This document shows, in pieces, positions 50,455 through 63,072 of a stretch of DNA of 64,000 nucleotides. Every line of letters begins with the position of its first letter. Within the stretch, counting starts at the first letter, position 1. The position numbers were made by a program, and so were the translations under genes. The stretch is from Gracilinanus agilis (Eukaryota), in NCBI RefSeq assembly GCF_016433145.1, contig NC_058130.1:166134698-166198697 (forward strand). The letters run 5' to 3'. The notes beneath the pieces are model-generated. The model saw only the letters and a program-made list of their open reading frames with translations. It was not told the origin of the DNA and searched no databases.

Positions 50455-50636
50455 TTTTTTGAACCCTTAACTTCTGTGTATTGGCTCCTGGGTGGAAGAG
50501 TGATAAGGGTGGGCAATGAGGGTGAAGTGACTTGCCCACGGTCACATAGCTGAGAAGTGTCTGAGGCCGGATTTGAACTTAGGACCTCCCATCTCTAGGC
50601 CTGACTCTCAATCCACTGAGCTACCCAGCTGCCCCC
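50455..50636 (-). mobile_element. SINE1_Mdo-like SINE
   Basis: TSD ctccagaatgg(c/t)attta. Other copies at ~9145-9320(+), ~10378-10580(-), ~12350-12530(+), ~23925-24100(-), ~37845-38030(-), ~41865-42060(-), ~42507-42720(+), ~60980-61135(+), ~63365-63585(+) and 63863-64000(+). Confidence 0.88.
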
Positions 50637-50940
50637 TCCAGAATGGTATTTAAAGAACCCTAGACAGATTAGGTGATGGATTCTAAGCTTGGTCTTAATA
50701 TTAACTCGCCATGTGGTCTTGGGCAAATTGCTTCCTCTGTAAGATTATATAATCTCTAAATTTCACATTTTGAAGTAATCTCCCTGATTTAATCTCAACT
50801 TCTTCCAAAATCAGATTTCATGAAGTTACTTTTTACTAGGTGGAATTCTGACTCAGTAATAATTATCTGTCTCTTAGTCCCAGAGAAGGCTGTAGTTGGC
50901 TAAACTGGTAAGGCCTTATTTGGTGAACCTTAGGCTATAG

Positions 50941-51132
50941 CAGTGGTTCCCAAACTTTTTTGGCCTACCGCCCCCTTTCCAGAAAAAATATTACTTAGCC
51001 CCTGGAAATTAATTTTTTTTAAATTTTAATAGCAATTAATAGGAAAGATAAATGCACCTGTGGCGATCACCACCTCATGGGATCGCTGCAGCATCCACCA
51101 GGGGGCGGTGGCGCCCACTTTGGGAATCACTG
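50941..51132 (+). mobile_element. hAT/Charlie-type MITE, family A
   Basis: TIRs cagtggttcccaaa / tttgggaatcactg; TSD ggctatag/ggctatat. Confidence 0.88.
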
Positions 51133-52128
51133 GGCTATATGCTAAGAATCTACCAAAGAATCTATCTTCAAACTTTCTCATCTGTGAGGTAAATTGGATT
51201 AACTTCAATATAATCCAGGCATATCCAGCACACAAAAAGTATACATTTTTTGTCCTATAACCAGGTTCCCTCAACCCTTAACAACTGTTACAATGCAAAG
51301 ATAGCAACAAATATAGCAGGTAAATTTTCATTCCCAAGAGTTCCACTTGAGATACTGGAGCCAAGAATATGGTCAATATCCACACATTATAGGGCTCTAG
51401 AATAGCCCATGTATATGCCCTTCTTCCCGTTTGTTGAGTACCACACCTTCAGGGTGGTAAAGCTGACCTATGGGTTTGACAGAGACAAGTTGGAGTGAGA
51501 TGTTGGGCACTTAGAGGAACTGACAATAGACAACAGAAGAGATAATGAAAATTAAATTTTAAGTAGGGGAGTGCTGTAAGAAAGATTATCATAGGATCAT
51601 AGGTTTGGAGATAAAAGAAACCTTAGGAAGCAGCTATTGTCTCATTTTAAAGTTAAGAAAATTCAGGACTAGGAAGTTAATTACCCTAAATCAGACAGTT
51701 AGTAAGTACTGAATTTCAAAGGTCCAGGATGTTGTGGAGAAAGGAGAGCCTGAAGACAAGCCCAGTTAAACCAATGCAAAAATCCCAATGAAGGAAATGA
51801 GGGGCATAGACTAGGGAAGCAACAATGAGTGTGAAAGAGAATCCTACAACTATCTTATGTTATTCTCTAATTCTGGAAGACTTTTGTTCTCCTCACTCTA
51901 AAATGTGAATTTCCTAAAGGTAGAAGCTGTCTCCTTTTGTGATATTGTGATAACTGAAGGGAGTGAGGGGTGCAGATCCAAGAAGATATATTGCAATATG
52001 GCATGAGAGAAATTGACTGGGATAGGAGAGGAATTGAGTACAGATAGTGTTCCTCCCCAACACAATCCCACTCCATAAGTCCCCGCTTTGGTATCTCTCT
52101 TTCTTTCACACATACATGTCTCCAGTGT

Positions 52129-52134
52129 TTTATT
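52129..52134 (-). terminator. Probable PIGO poly(A) signal
   Basis: First minus-strand AATAAA I found downstream of the stop, about 500 nt away. Confidence 0.6.
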
Positions 52135-52637
52135 TCACTCGGTATACAGTAGCTCACTTCCCTCACCAGATGCCCACCCCAAATTTCTCCAGTGCCTCAG
52201 GTTCACATTAACCCAACCTCACTTAGGTAAAGAAAGAGTCATTTTGTTTGGTCAGCTAAGAAGAGAAAATCAATAGGGAGGATAGGGTCAAGCCCAGTGC
52301 TTCCGTGCAGCTTCTAAGCTTGGCCTACCCCAACCCTTCCATAGGAGAGACAATTTCAGCTCAGACCTGGGTCCTCTGCCTGATGTTGAATGTGAAAACT
52401 CCAGTAAAGTCATTGCTATCATCTGGTTCCACAAATGTGTGACCCATTCCTATAGACCCCCTGAGAGTAAGGTACACACCCTCTCTGGAGCAGGAGATGC
52501 AGATGAGCCAGCCACACCAGGAGTTCCAGCAAAAGGCCATCCCACAACTGTAGGACAAGCCATGTAGAGGTGAATCCAGGGCTCACTTGCTCTGGGTGCA
52601 TGAGGAAAGGTTGGTCCCAAGGTCCATGTGATAAAAA

Positions 52638-52767
52638 CTAACTCTCTTGGGAAAGGATGAGCCGCTTGAACCAAGACCCCACAGCTCTGTCTACCCACAT
52701 CACCAGGGCCACACCCAGGAGGAGCCCTAGGCTGCTCACCACAAAACCCACAGCTTCAAAGATGAAC
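52638..52767 (-). CDS. PIGO: PIGO coding exon 10
   Basis: 130 nt, [42 protein letters not shown] (TAG). Confidence 0.96.
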
Positions 52768-55700
52768 CTATAAGCAAAGAAGCAGAGGCATTAGGATGGT
52801 GTAACATAGTGTGTAAATAGAATTAGCTCGAGTCCATTAATAGTCAAAAAATCTACCCATCCTAGGCATAGAAATGATGTCACCCTAACCTCCCTTAGTG
52901 GGGAGGGGAGACGAGTTACCCACACGTGACAGTAAGTAACAAATCAAGAATAAGGGACTGCCCTTTGGGCAGTCCAAATCAATGCAGAAACTGCCATTTG
53001 AATTAGAGGTGGACCACAGGAAGTGATGAAAGAAACTATCTCTTTAAGTAAGTTAGTGAACTTCCTGTGGGGGCAGTTGCCGTCTCGAACTAAAAGCAGA
53101 AGCATCTCCTGAGACCACAGACAGCTTACACTCTATATTGTCATGTGGGTAAGTTAGGCTGACTTCCTTGGCCCAGCTGGGCCAATTCTAAACTCTGCCT
53201 ATCTGGCTGTTGGGCCTTGTGGCTTACAGCTTCATTTATTAAGTTTTATAACCTTCTTCTCTCTCCGTCCAGGCGGACTAGCCTCTCCCTTTCTCTTTAT
53301 TCCTACTTTTTAACTACCAGATTGTAAATAAACTCCTCAACCCGATGATGACTTGGGTCTGATTTAATTACGAAATCAACCTGAATTGTTGATTCCTGGC
53401 GGCCTCACATTCTAATATATATCTATAAATACTTAAAATTTCCTTTTTACAATAGTAGGAGGTCATTAGTGGAAAGTGGACTTTCTGCCCATCCTCTCTC
53501 CCTCCTTACTCTTGACAGTCTAGACCAGTGATGGGCAAACTACTGCCAGTGGTCCAGATGTGGCCCCCTGAAATGTTCTATCCAGCCCTGACATTATTCC
53601 TAATCTGACAAATACAATGAGTAGGATACAATACAATGAAACTTTGAAAGAGTTGCCTTAGAAACAGACTGACAGATGAGCATTTCCTTTCCTTTGGCTC
53701 CCTCTTTAAAAAGTTTGCCCATCACTGGTCTAGAATACACAAGCCCCCAATTCACCAGGCTAACACCATTCCTCCTCCCAACAACACTTATCTACTTTCC
53801 TTTCATTCTGTGTCTGAACAGACTGACCCCCAAATAAAAATCTTCCACCTATCTTCCCAACTAATTGTGGACTCCCTCCACCCTATATTCCTCCCTCATT
53901 GAGAACATTCACTCACTTGGGAGCAAACACCTTCCAAACCATGAGATGCCTCCGGAGTATGGAAGCTGCCAGAACACAGGCTAAGACCTGGAGGGGAAGA
54001 GAGAATACAAAAGAATGAGGATGATTACAATGGGAGATGAAAAGTGTGAAGAGGCAAAGAAGGATGAGAAGTGAAACCCTCCTGTAAGAATGAGAAAGCA
54101 GAGGTGCACATTGTAGAAAGAGAATAGTCCATCGGCCAAGGTTCTAGTCCTGACCTTTCCACTAACTTGCTAGATGACTTCAAGCAAGTTACTTAACCAC
54201 ATGAACCAATTCATGGGTAAAATGGTGATCTTGAAAGTTCTGTTAAAATTCCTTATCTCAAAAGCATACAATTTTTCACTTGTTTATTTGGGTATATGTT
54301 TTGGGGTTTTGGTTTTACAAGATTATTCACTTATAAAAATGATTAACATGGAAATATGTTTTGATAATACATGTATAACTCAGATTGAATTGCTTGTCAG
54401 CTCTGGGAGGGGGAAGGGAAGAAAGGAGGGAGACAATTTGGATCATATAACTTTGGAAAACTTATGTGGAAATTTGTTAATACATATAATTGGTAAAACA
54501 CAAATAAAAAATATTTTAATTACTTCTCTAGTGCTCAACGCCCCTTTCCTCCAGAGGGGGTTGTGTTGCTCAAATTACTTCCCCCTGACTTTGAAGAAAA
54601 ATTAAATGAAGAAGCTATATTCCCCAATTCTTGGCACAGACCATAAGCTCTGGTTTCCCTGGTCAGCTGAAGGCCTCTCCATACACCATTAGTTGGGTCC
54701 CTACATGGTGTGGTAGGGAAAGAATTAGAGCCCAGAAATCTGTGTTCTAGTTTCAATTCTACTACTGACTTAGTGTGTACTCTTGAAGAAATGACATGCA
54801 CCTCAGTTTCCTGAAGTATAAGTCAAAGAAAATGATTTTTGTTTTTTTTTAATTGATTAAGAATGTTTTCCCATGGTTACATGATTCATGTTCTTTCCCT
54901 TCCTTCTTCCCTCCCTCCTCCCTGAGCTAATGAGTAGTTCCACTGGGTTATTCAAGTGTCATTGTCCAAAACCTATTTCCATATTATTTATATTTGCAAT
55001 AGTGATCTTTTATCGCCAAAACCCCAATCATATCCCCATTGAACCACATGATAGATTATATGTTTTTCTTCTGTGTTTCTACTCCCACAGTTCTTTCTCT
55101 GGATGTGGATAGCATTCTTATAGAAAATGATTTTGGTCCTTTTATATAGGAGGATTGTGGGGACCAAATGAGAGAACATATTTCAAACTTGAAAAACTGT
55201 AGTGACATAGTTGAACACACCTCCTCTCTCTTGGCAGAGAGGTGGCAGACTAAAGATTCAGAATGAGGTATATATTTTCAGAAAGGCTAATGTGCTGATT
55301 TGTTTAGTTTAACAGTACTTGTTTTAAGGGAGGGTCATACTAGGACAGTGATATTTCTTTTCAAAAGCACCAAGGGAGCATTTAAAAAAAGATCGAACTG
55401 TAAAATAGTATAAAAAGTTAAAAATTTAACTTTTAAGGAATACATCTGGCTTCTCTCCCTTGAAATTCCCAGCTGTTAGCATACCAGTTAATCATACTCA
55501 CCTGTACACCCAAGATAAAGAGATACTTGAGGCCCAGCTGCAGAAGAGCAGCATTGAAATGGTGAGGGGAATCCCGGAGACGCATCTCCATCAAAGGCTC
55601 TTCTTCCTTCTCTCCTTCTACCTCAGCCCCACTGGCCTTCTTCCTCTTTGTAGAGCCTTGGCCTTCACACACAAAGGGCCAGAGCAAGAGCAATGGGCAG

Positions 55701-58700
55701 CCAACTACCTCCAGGGGTAAGGGAAACACAGGTCTGGGGTCACCTTGGATTCTAGAAACAAGCCTTGATCCCCACAAGACAGCCCCACCCTCAATTAATT
55801 GTGTTTAGCTAGATCAGGTTGGGGATTTCACAATGGAGTCCTCACTCTAACAAAAAAGTTGCCAAGAGACCTGTGTCTCATGATGCTTTTGTCAGTCTTA
55901 CCACTGGGCAGTTGATATCAACAGATAGAAACAAGGTTCTTCCCTCCTTCCTTGTACCATTCAGATGGGACTACCACTATGCCTCTCTAAAGTCCCAAGA
56001 GAAGGAATGGAAGTCAGGGGATGAGATACCTGAAAAAAGAAGGTGGGAGGCAAAGGTATTTGCCCCTACAAGCAGAGCAGGCAGCACAGGGGATGAACCA
56101 TGCCCCTCAGGGAAGCCCACAAAGGCAGCATTCCAGTGGATAGCTGGAAAGACAGGCTGATGGCCGGTGGAGTAGAAGGTCTGTGTGGCTGTGAGAGCCC
56201 AAGCAGAGATGGCTAGCCATGGCACGGAGAAGGGACCTGGAAGGAGACACAGCTCATCAACCTTAATCCTGTTAGCCTGCTCCCACACCACAATGTCAGA
56301 CAACTCCCCTGTATTCTGTCCCTTGAAATTTACTTCCTGTCTCTGCTCCTGCCCTGATCTTACATCTGCCTCCTATGTCTAGTCACCCTGATCCAACCAC
56401 CCCCTTGGTCAGTCACCAACAGTCATCTATCTACCTAGAGAATCAGTGGGGGCACAACTTCTCCAAAACAGCAATCATGGTTGAGCAAGAAGGTAAGGGC
56501 AAACAGTGGGGAATGCTTTATTTTCCTTCTCCCAAATTCTGAGTCCTCAAGGTCTAGTGAGGGTAGCAACTATTATGGAGTGAGACCAAATGTAAAGGTT
56601 ACTGAGGTAGTCTTGCTATTACTAAGGAGAGGACAACCTTTATCCCAGCCTCACTAGTTCACCTGGGAGTACAGAAGGCCCAAGAGTAAGGAGATGGATA
56701 GTAGGGGAATCTACAAACAGACAAGTTAGCCCTGCTGCCTACCAGGGCTTCCAGCAGGGGTCCCGACAGCAGTGGCGAGCAGCTGCAAGAGTAGGAAACT
56801 CTGCAGGAAGAGGATCAGGAAGGCGAGGCTGATCCGCTCAGTGTGCAGCAGCAGCAGTGGGAAGGCCAGCAGGGCAAGAGCGGTCACCACGGCGGCAGAG
56901 TACACACTCCCCAGCCCGTAGGCAGCCAGTGCCAGTGGTGTCTGGCCCCCACCCCTGGCTAGCTTCCCCCTCAGTGCCTCCTGCATTCGACGGTAGATCT
57001 GGGGGACCACATAGTCCAAGTCAGCTTGGGAGGCCGGAGGTCCCACGAAAGGAACAATGATGTGGTTGGGGCTGCTTGCCCCAGTCTTGACCAATACTGT
57101 GACAGGCTGCCAAAGCAGTAGTCCTAGACCTATGGCCGCCAGACCCAGAACAGCCCGGGGCAATCCGACCACAGCCCCAGACACCAGGGCTTGCAGCCGG
57201 GGGGGTGCCTCATCTGTGCCTGAAGCCAATGCCCAATGGGCAGCAGTGCCCAGTGCCATCAGTGGCAGTCCCCAGCGCACAAAGAGGACTGGAGGTGCAG
57301 GGCTATTAAGATTCCCACAGCGGCGCAGCCAAAATCGTACGGCTAGGACCAGCACCCCTAATGTCCCTAGACATGCCCCATACCAGAGGTTCTTGGCCTG
57401 ACTACCACCCATTGTGGCTAGAGGAGCTAACCAGGGTGATGACTGGCAAACAGGTGTCTCTTCTGGGCAGCGATGGAAGAGACTAGATAGTCGAACACAG
57501 AGGAGTAGGCCAACCAGTAGCCCTAGGGCCCGTGGACCCTCCCGCCGTGCCACAGATGCTGTGGGGGAGCTGAGGCAAGCTGTGGAGGCCCCCACCAGCA
57601 GCCGGCCTTCCCAGTGCAACTGAGCCACAAGAAACAGGGACAGTGAACGCAGAAGGAAGGGGGCTGCCCATGCCTCAGCCAGGACAAAGCTATCAGAGAA
57701 AAGGGCAGCAGAGCGGAGGAACAAGAGCACCAGGATGGGCAAAGGGCCTGGGAGGAAGACTGCCATTGGTGGACTACCCCTTGATTTTAAAGCCCACAGG
57801 AAGTCTATGAGGGAGGTAGCTGCACTCCCTGCACATAACAGAGATGGCTCTAACCCTATCCCAGTGGCCATGAGTCCCCCAGCTAGCAAAATAGCCCCTG
57901 CCAGACCCCAGACCACAGCCCTTAGAAGTAAACAATGGAAAGGGAAGTCAGGCGAGCTGGTTAGCCTAGAGGTTACTAAGCAAAGGAGACAGGTGGAGGC
58001 CAGAAGTATGGTGCCCCCTATCATTCGGGCAGGGCGGAATCGAGCCCATGTCTCTGTACAGGCTGTCCGTGCCCCCCGCAAGAACAATCTCAGCTGGGAG
58101 ATCAGAGCCTGTATGTCAGCCTCTCTGACCTCTCCAGTCTTCAGCTGATCCAGCAATTGCTCATAGTCAGAGGATGCAGAGGTGAAGAGGTTCTGAAGGC
58201 GCTTCAGTTCCTCAGGAGGTAAGTCCTGGGCAGCCAGTGAGTAAGCATGAAGAAATCGTGATACCTGAGGGAAAGGAAAATGGAAGAAAATGAAAAGGGG
58301 AGTTATAAGGCATAGAACTGGGGCATAGGGTGGGGATCAAAATACAAATGAACAGTGGCCACGACAGCTTCAGTGCTAGAACCCATACCTCAGATGGGAT
58401 GAAAAGATACAGAAAAGGATCAGAAGGTGATAGGTATGAAGAAGAATAAGGATGAGAGTCAGTCTGTGGGTTCAGGTTCCTAACTCCCAGGTCTCTAGCC
58501 CAACATAGCCCCTGTCCTTAGGGAGTGTCAGCCCTTCTACCTGCTGGGCATTGAGATGGTAGGCAGAGGCCTGGGCAAGAGCTGTAGCAAGAGGCTGGGT
58601 ATCTCCTTCCCCTGAAAACAGGTCCACCATCACCTCTCCAATATTTCCAAAAGGTATGGGTAGGCCAAGTAGAAGGGCCAGCGTTGGCACCAAATTCACC

Positions 58701-61700
58701 TGGGGAACCACTTCTGGATCCTGGGGGCAATAAAATGAGGAGGAATGAATCAGTGGAAAGGGTAGAGGAAAAAGGGTACTTCATAGTCCTAGCTTAGAGG
58801 GAAATGATGGGGAGGGGAAAAAAAAGCATTAAATATGATAGAGATGGGTAGGAATGATGTGGGGAGAGGGGTCTTAGGAAGAAGGGGGAAGTGATAGGAA
58901 GGTAGTAGAAGCATAGGGAAGGCAAGAAGGTATCTGGGGAAGGGGAAGATAATGGGGAGGCATGTTAATTGTGAGTAAGGGGGGTGAAACAAATAGACAA
59001 TGAGATCAGAAAAAGAAAGCTAGCTCACGAGGACCAACAAGAAAGAGGAAAAACATGGGGAAGAGAACTAATGGCTTATGACTCACCTTTACGGGAATCC
59101 TGGGGAAAAGGGGCAAAGGGCTATAGAGAAAGAGTGCAGCCATGACTTCTGGTTTACTGTCCCCACCATGGTCTCCTGTCTCTGTCATGCCATGATCTCC
59201 AGCCACCACCAGCAAGGTATCATTCTCAAGTTGCTCCACAAGGGTCCTGATTGCAGGGAACCAAACAGTAGGGAGAGAGAAGTGGTTACTGGGAGTATGC
59301 TGGCCTGGATACAGTCACCCCTTGACCCCTGGCAGTCCACAAAGAATATTCTCGGAGGTTTGTGGTTTTGCAAGATACTAGGGCACCTTATTTAACCCTT
59401 ACATGATAATTCTACCAGGCAGGCAGGGCAAATCATTTTCCTATTTCACAAAAAACCGAGATCCAGAGAAGTTAACTGATCTGTCTAAAGTCTCACAGGT
59501 GCTTAGGTCCCATGATCTTTGGGCTAGTTTTCCACAGGACCCAACTTACTCACTTGGTCGAGGGAACCCAAATAAGTATGAACTCTTGAGCTTTAGAAAG
59601 AGGAAATTCATGGTGACAGTGGAGCATTAGACAAAGACAATGTGTGTCTGAAACCACAAGTACTTAAAAGGAGACCCAACAGAGATATATAGAAATTTTC
59701 TCCCTTCCTCCCCTACAGCAACTCCATATTCTCTTCTAGAAAGAGGATGGCCATCTCTGACCAGATCATGCCCCATCATACTGGTCCCCACACATATACA
59801 CACTTTATAGGCTACTTACTGCCTTTTGCCCCATAATTAATTAGGCCCTGCCTCCTGCCCACAATCAAACTTCTCTGATACAACTTACTGAAGCATCTGG
59901 TCCATCTGGTTGAGCTTCTTGGCCATCTCAGGGTGGTGGGGACCATGTTTGTGACCACAATGATCCACACCCAGGAAATGAGCAATCAGCAGGTCCCAGT
60001 CATCTCTGTCCACTGTGGAGACCAACTCTGAGAAAGAGGAACTGATACCCCCCCTCAATTTCCCAGCCTTTAACATTCCTCTACCAATGGACATTGACTC
60101 CAATCCTCATCACCAGGACAATACTGTCCAAAGGATCCTGAAAGCATCACAGCTTAACCCTTTTTGCATACTGTAACTCAAAATTAGATCCAATGTATGT
60201 TGAGACAAATAGTCTACAGTGGTCTCAGCTCTATTTCACATATTGAGTATTAGCACTAGATTCTCTCCTTAGGACCCCAATGTAAAACTGGTCTGACCCT
60301 ACTCCTCCCTTCCATTAGTCTATTGAGATAGCTCACTGGTTGGGTACAGGTGCTCCAGAATGCCATTGTCCACAGTGTGTAAATCTTTTACATTGAAGGA
60401 CGGGAAGAAGAAGGCTTGAGAGAAAGCTCCTGGGAACAAGCCTTCCCAAGTGTCATCCCCCATGAAGACCACTCGTCTCCCTGCAGCATAGAAAGAGTAA
60501 GGGAAATGTCAGATATTTAGCAATGAAAGAGACCATTTGAAGGCTTTTATACAATGGCTTCATTCTGTAGTTCACCCCTTCTTTCCTTCTCCCATCAATA
60601 TAAAACTTTTGTTACATATCAGTCTTCTCGGAAAGCAATGACTCATTGCCACCCTTATTCCCTTGCTTTTGCTTTCACCATTTGCCCTGTATATAAGACC
60701 CTTCTCACTTATTAGCCAACTCCTACCCCCATCACTAAAAATCTAATTCAAGTTCTACCAACTCCCTATATGAAGCCTTATCTAGTCATCCTAACTCACT
60801 GTAATCTCTCCTTCCAAATACCTATAGCAATTCTAATTGGATAAAACATAATTTATTACCACATAAGTACTTACTTATTTATATTAGTCAACAACCAAAA
60901 ACAGTCCCTACCCTCAAAAAGCTTATATTTTATTGTTCTCTCTAGTTGTTTCTTAAAAGAATTTTCTTCAACTGTGCTAGACACTGGGTTCAAATCTGAC
61001 CTCAGACACGTCCTAGCTGTGTGACCCTGGGCAAGTCACTTAACCTCCATTGCCTAGCCCTTACCACTCTTCTGCCTTGGAACCAATACACAGTATTGAG
61101 TCTAAGATGGAAGGCAAGGGTTAAAAAAAAAAAACAACTGCCAGATAAAGTGTAGTAAGGCAGTTAACACAATAGGAAAGAAGCTCCAAAGGAGAAAGTA
61201 GAGATTCTGTGCTAGAAAAGGGGAATACACAAGGGAAAGCAAGGTGTAATGAAAGAATCTCTGTAACATAACAGAAGCATCATGAGATAAGGACACCTGG
61301 GATCTAGTCACAACTCTCCCACAAATTAACTGTGTGATCTTCGGCAAGTTATTTCACCCAACTAGGCCTAGTTCACCTATAAAATGAGAAATGTGGAACA
61401 GATCAGATTCATATACTTTTTTCATGTGTTCTAGACCACTTTATCAACCTGGTAAAGCCCATGAAACCTTTCTAAGAATATTTTTAAATATATAAAATAT
61501 GTTTTTTAAATATATATAATAAATATATATAAATAATATTTTAAAATGTATAAAATAAAAATACAAAGAAAACCAATAATATTGAACATAGTTATAAATA
61601 TTTCTTAAAAAGCTCAGATCCCAAGCTAAGAACTCTTGGTAAAATAGGTCTCTAAAGTTCAGTTCAAGTATAAATACTCTAGGACAGTGATGGCAAACCT

Positions 61701-63072
61701 TTTAGAGAAGGAGTGCCCAAACTGCAAATCTCATACTGCTTGTGAGCCCTGAGCCTTACCCCAGACAGGGGAGGGAGAAAGTGCTCCCACTGGGCTGCTG
61801 GGTAGAGAGGCAGGTGATTGGAGAAATGTCCTCAAGTGCACATGGAGAGAGGGAAGGGAACAGCCCCCTCCAGCATTCATGCCACAAATTTGCCAATAGA
61901 GCTCTAGGGGTTTAAGATGACTTAAAAGATCAATATAAATCAAATATATAACACGAAAGAAAAAAAAATCCTGTGATCTTGGGATGAATTAAAAGAAATA
62001 TAGTGTTTAATATAGTGTAGACACTAAATATAGTGTATAAAAAATGTAGCCACAGGAGGTAAACCTGATTGTATTTTCTGGCCAACACTTGGGAATATTG
62101 TGTTCTCTTTTGGTACCATGACATTAACATCAGAAAGGACATAATAAGCTAGAATATGGAAGATGATCAAGATGATGTGTGGCAGTCTAAAAACCTTATC
62201 ATATGAAGACTCAGTGAAGGACCTGGAAGCATTGAGCCTGGGTAAAAGAGTCTAAGGTAAATGTAATACCTCTCTTCAAATAGCAAAGGACTATCACAAA
62301 AAAGCATATTTACTTTGTAGTTACAAAAAACAAAACTGGAGGCACTGGGTTTAAGTTTTGGAGGCTGACTTTCTAATGATGAGCATTGCCTTATTAGGCC
62401 ACTACTAGGAGTATAAAAGCAACACCTGGGTGGCTACTTGTCAGGGATTTAGAGAAAGGATTCCTTAATGATTGGTTCAGATAGTCCCTTTCAGTTCTAA
62501 GATTTTATTATTTTAAGGTCCTAAGAAATTAGATGTTCTATGATTCTAATATTCCAAACCTTATTAGACTGACCGGTGTTGTTGAGCTGAGCAATAAGGT
62601 TATCCTCTTGGATGGCATAGCTAGCAAAGTTGCTTCCAGCATCAACAAAGGTAGGTAAAGAGCCTGTGGTGAGGGCCTTGAGTCTTTGCATGGTAGTGGT
62701 GGGTGGGTCAGCCAGGAATCGGTAGAGGCGAGCATGTTGTGGCTGGGCTTCCAGAAGGCGACGTATGGAGTCCAGCCTTCCTAGGAAAGGTTGTGGGGCA
62801 GGAGGGCCACCTGGCCAGGGTTGCACAAAATCGAATCGAAGTGCATCTATCAGCACTATCACAGCTCGGGAAAATCGGGGAGCTGTCCAGCAGGCCCCTG
62901 GCTCACCTCTGCCACTTCCAACCAAAGTTCCCTTTCCAGGCAGCTCCTGACAGCTGCTGTGATTGGTAAGCTCCAGACGGGTAAGCAAGAAGCCACTGGT
63001 GAAGAGACCAATGCCAGCATAAAAGAGGAAACAGACCCAGGCCAGGAAAAGCAGTACCAGGGCCTTCAGCAT
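52638..63072 (-). CDS. PIGO: PIGO, GPI ethanolamine phosphate transferase 3 catalytic subunit, 10 coding exons, 1079 aa (gene-span entry)
   Basis: Alkaline-phosphatase-superfamily motifs [45 protein letters not shown], plus a multi-TM C-terminus. Exons sum to 3240 nt in phase. Confidence 0.98.
52812..53451 (+). mobile_element. ERV solo LTR in the last PIGO intron, antisense to PIGO
   Basis: TGTAA...TTACA termini; 6-bp TSD atagtg/atagta; TATA-like tttaagta ~53043; AATAAA 53327-53332. Confidence 0.85.
53526..53727. mobile_element. hAT MITE, family B
   Basis: Perfect 15-bp TIR cagtgatgggcaaac / gtttgcccatcactg; TSD gtctagac/gtctagaa. Confidence 0.92.
53917..53987 (-). CDS. PIGO: PIGO coding exon 9
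   Basis: 71 nt, [24 protein letters not shown]. Confidence 0.97.
55502..55704 (-). CDS. PIGO: PIGO coding exon 8
   Basis: 203 nt, [10 protein letters not shown]...[11 protein letters not shown]...KYLFILGVQ. Confidence 0.94.
56030..56236 (-). CDS. PIGO: PIGO coding exon 7
   Basis: 207 nt, PFSVPW...[23 protein letters not shown]...SHLLFS. Confidence 0.97.
56743..58264 (-). CDS. PIGO: PIGO coding exon 6 (large TM-rich exon)
   Basis: 1522 nt open frame, VSRFLHAYS...[11 protein letters not shown]...[10 protein letters not shown]...GSP; GTAGGC donor. Confidence 0.97.
58541..58720 (-). CDS. PIGO: PIGO coding exon 5
   Basis: 180 nt, [28 protein letters not shown]...HLNAQQ. Confidence 0.96.
59087..59246 (-). 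CDS. PIGO: PIGO coding exon 4
   Basis: 160 nt, [30 protein letters not shown]...PVK. Confidence 0.96.
59889..60012 (-). CDS. PIGO: PIGO coding exon 3
   Basis: 124 nt, [33 protein letters not shown]. Confidence 0.97.
60337..60480 (-). CDS. PIGO: PIGO coding exon 2
   Basis: 144 nt, [19 protein letters not shown]...HLYPT. Confidence 0.96.
61685..61901. mobile_element. hAT MITE, family C-like
   Basis: Left TIR cagtgatggcaaacct; TSD ctctagga/ctctaggg; shares internal ctccca/tgggctgctggg with the 48686 copy. Confidence 0.78.
62574..63072 (-). CDS. PIGO: PIGO coding exon 1 (acceptor 1 nt before ATG)
   Basis: 499 nt, [32 protein letters not shown]...QLNNT; GTCAGT donor. Confidence 0.96.

Noticed and set aside
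56857-58148. Plus-strand ORFs (114 aa, 137 aa and others) over the large PIGO exon
   Set aside because: Antisense shadows of a GC-rich coding exon.
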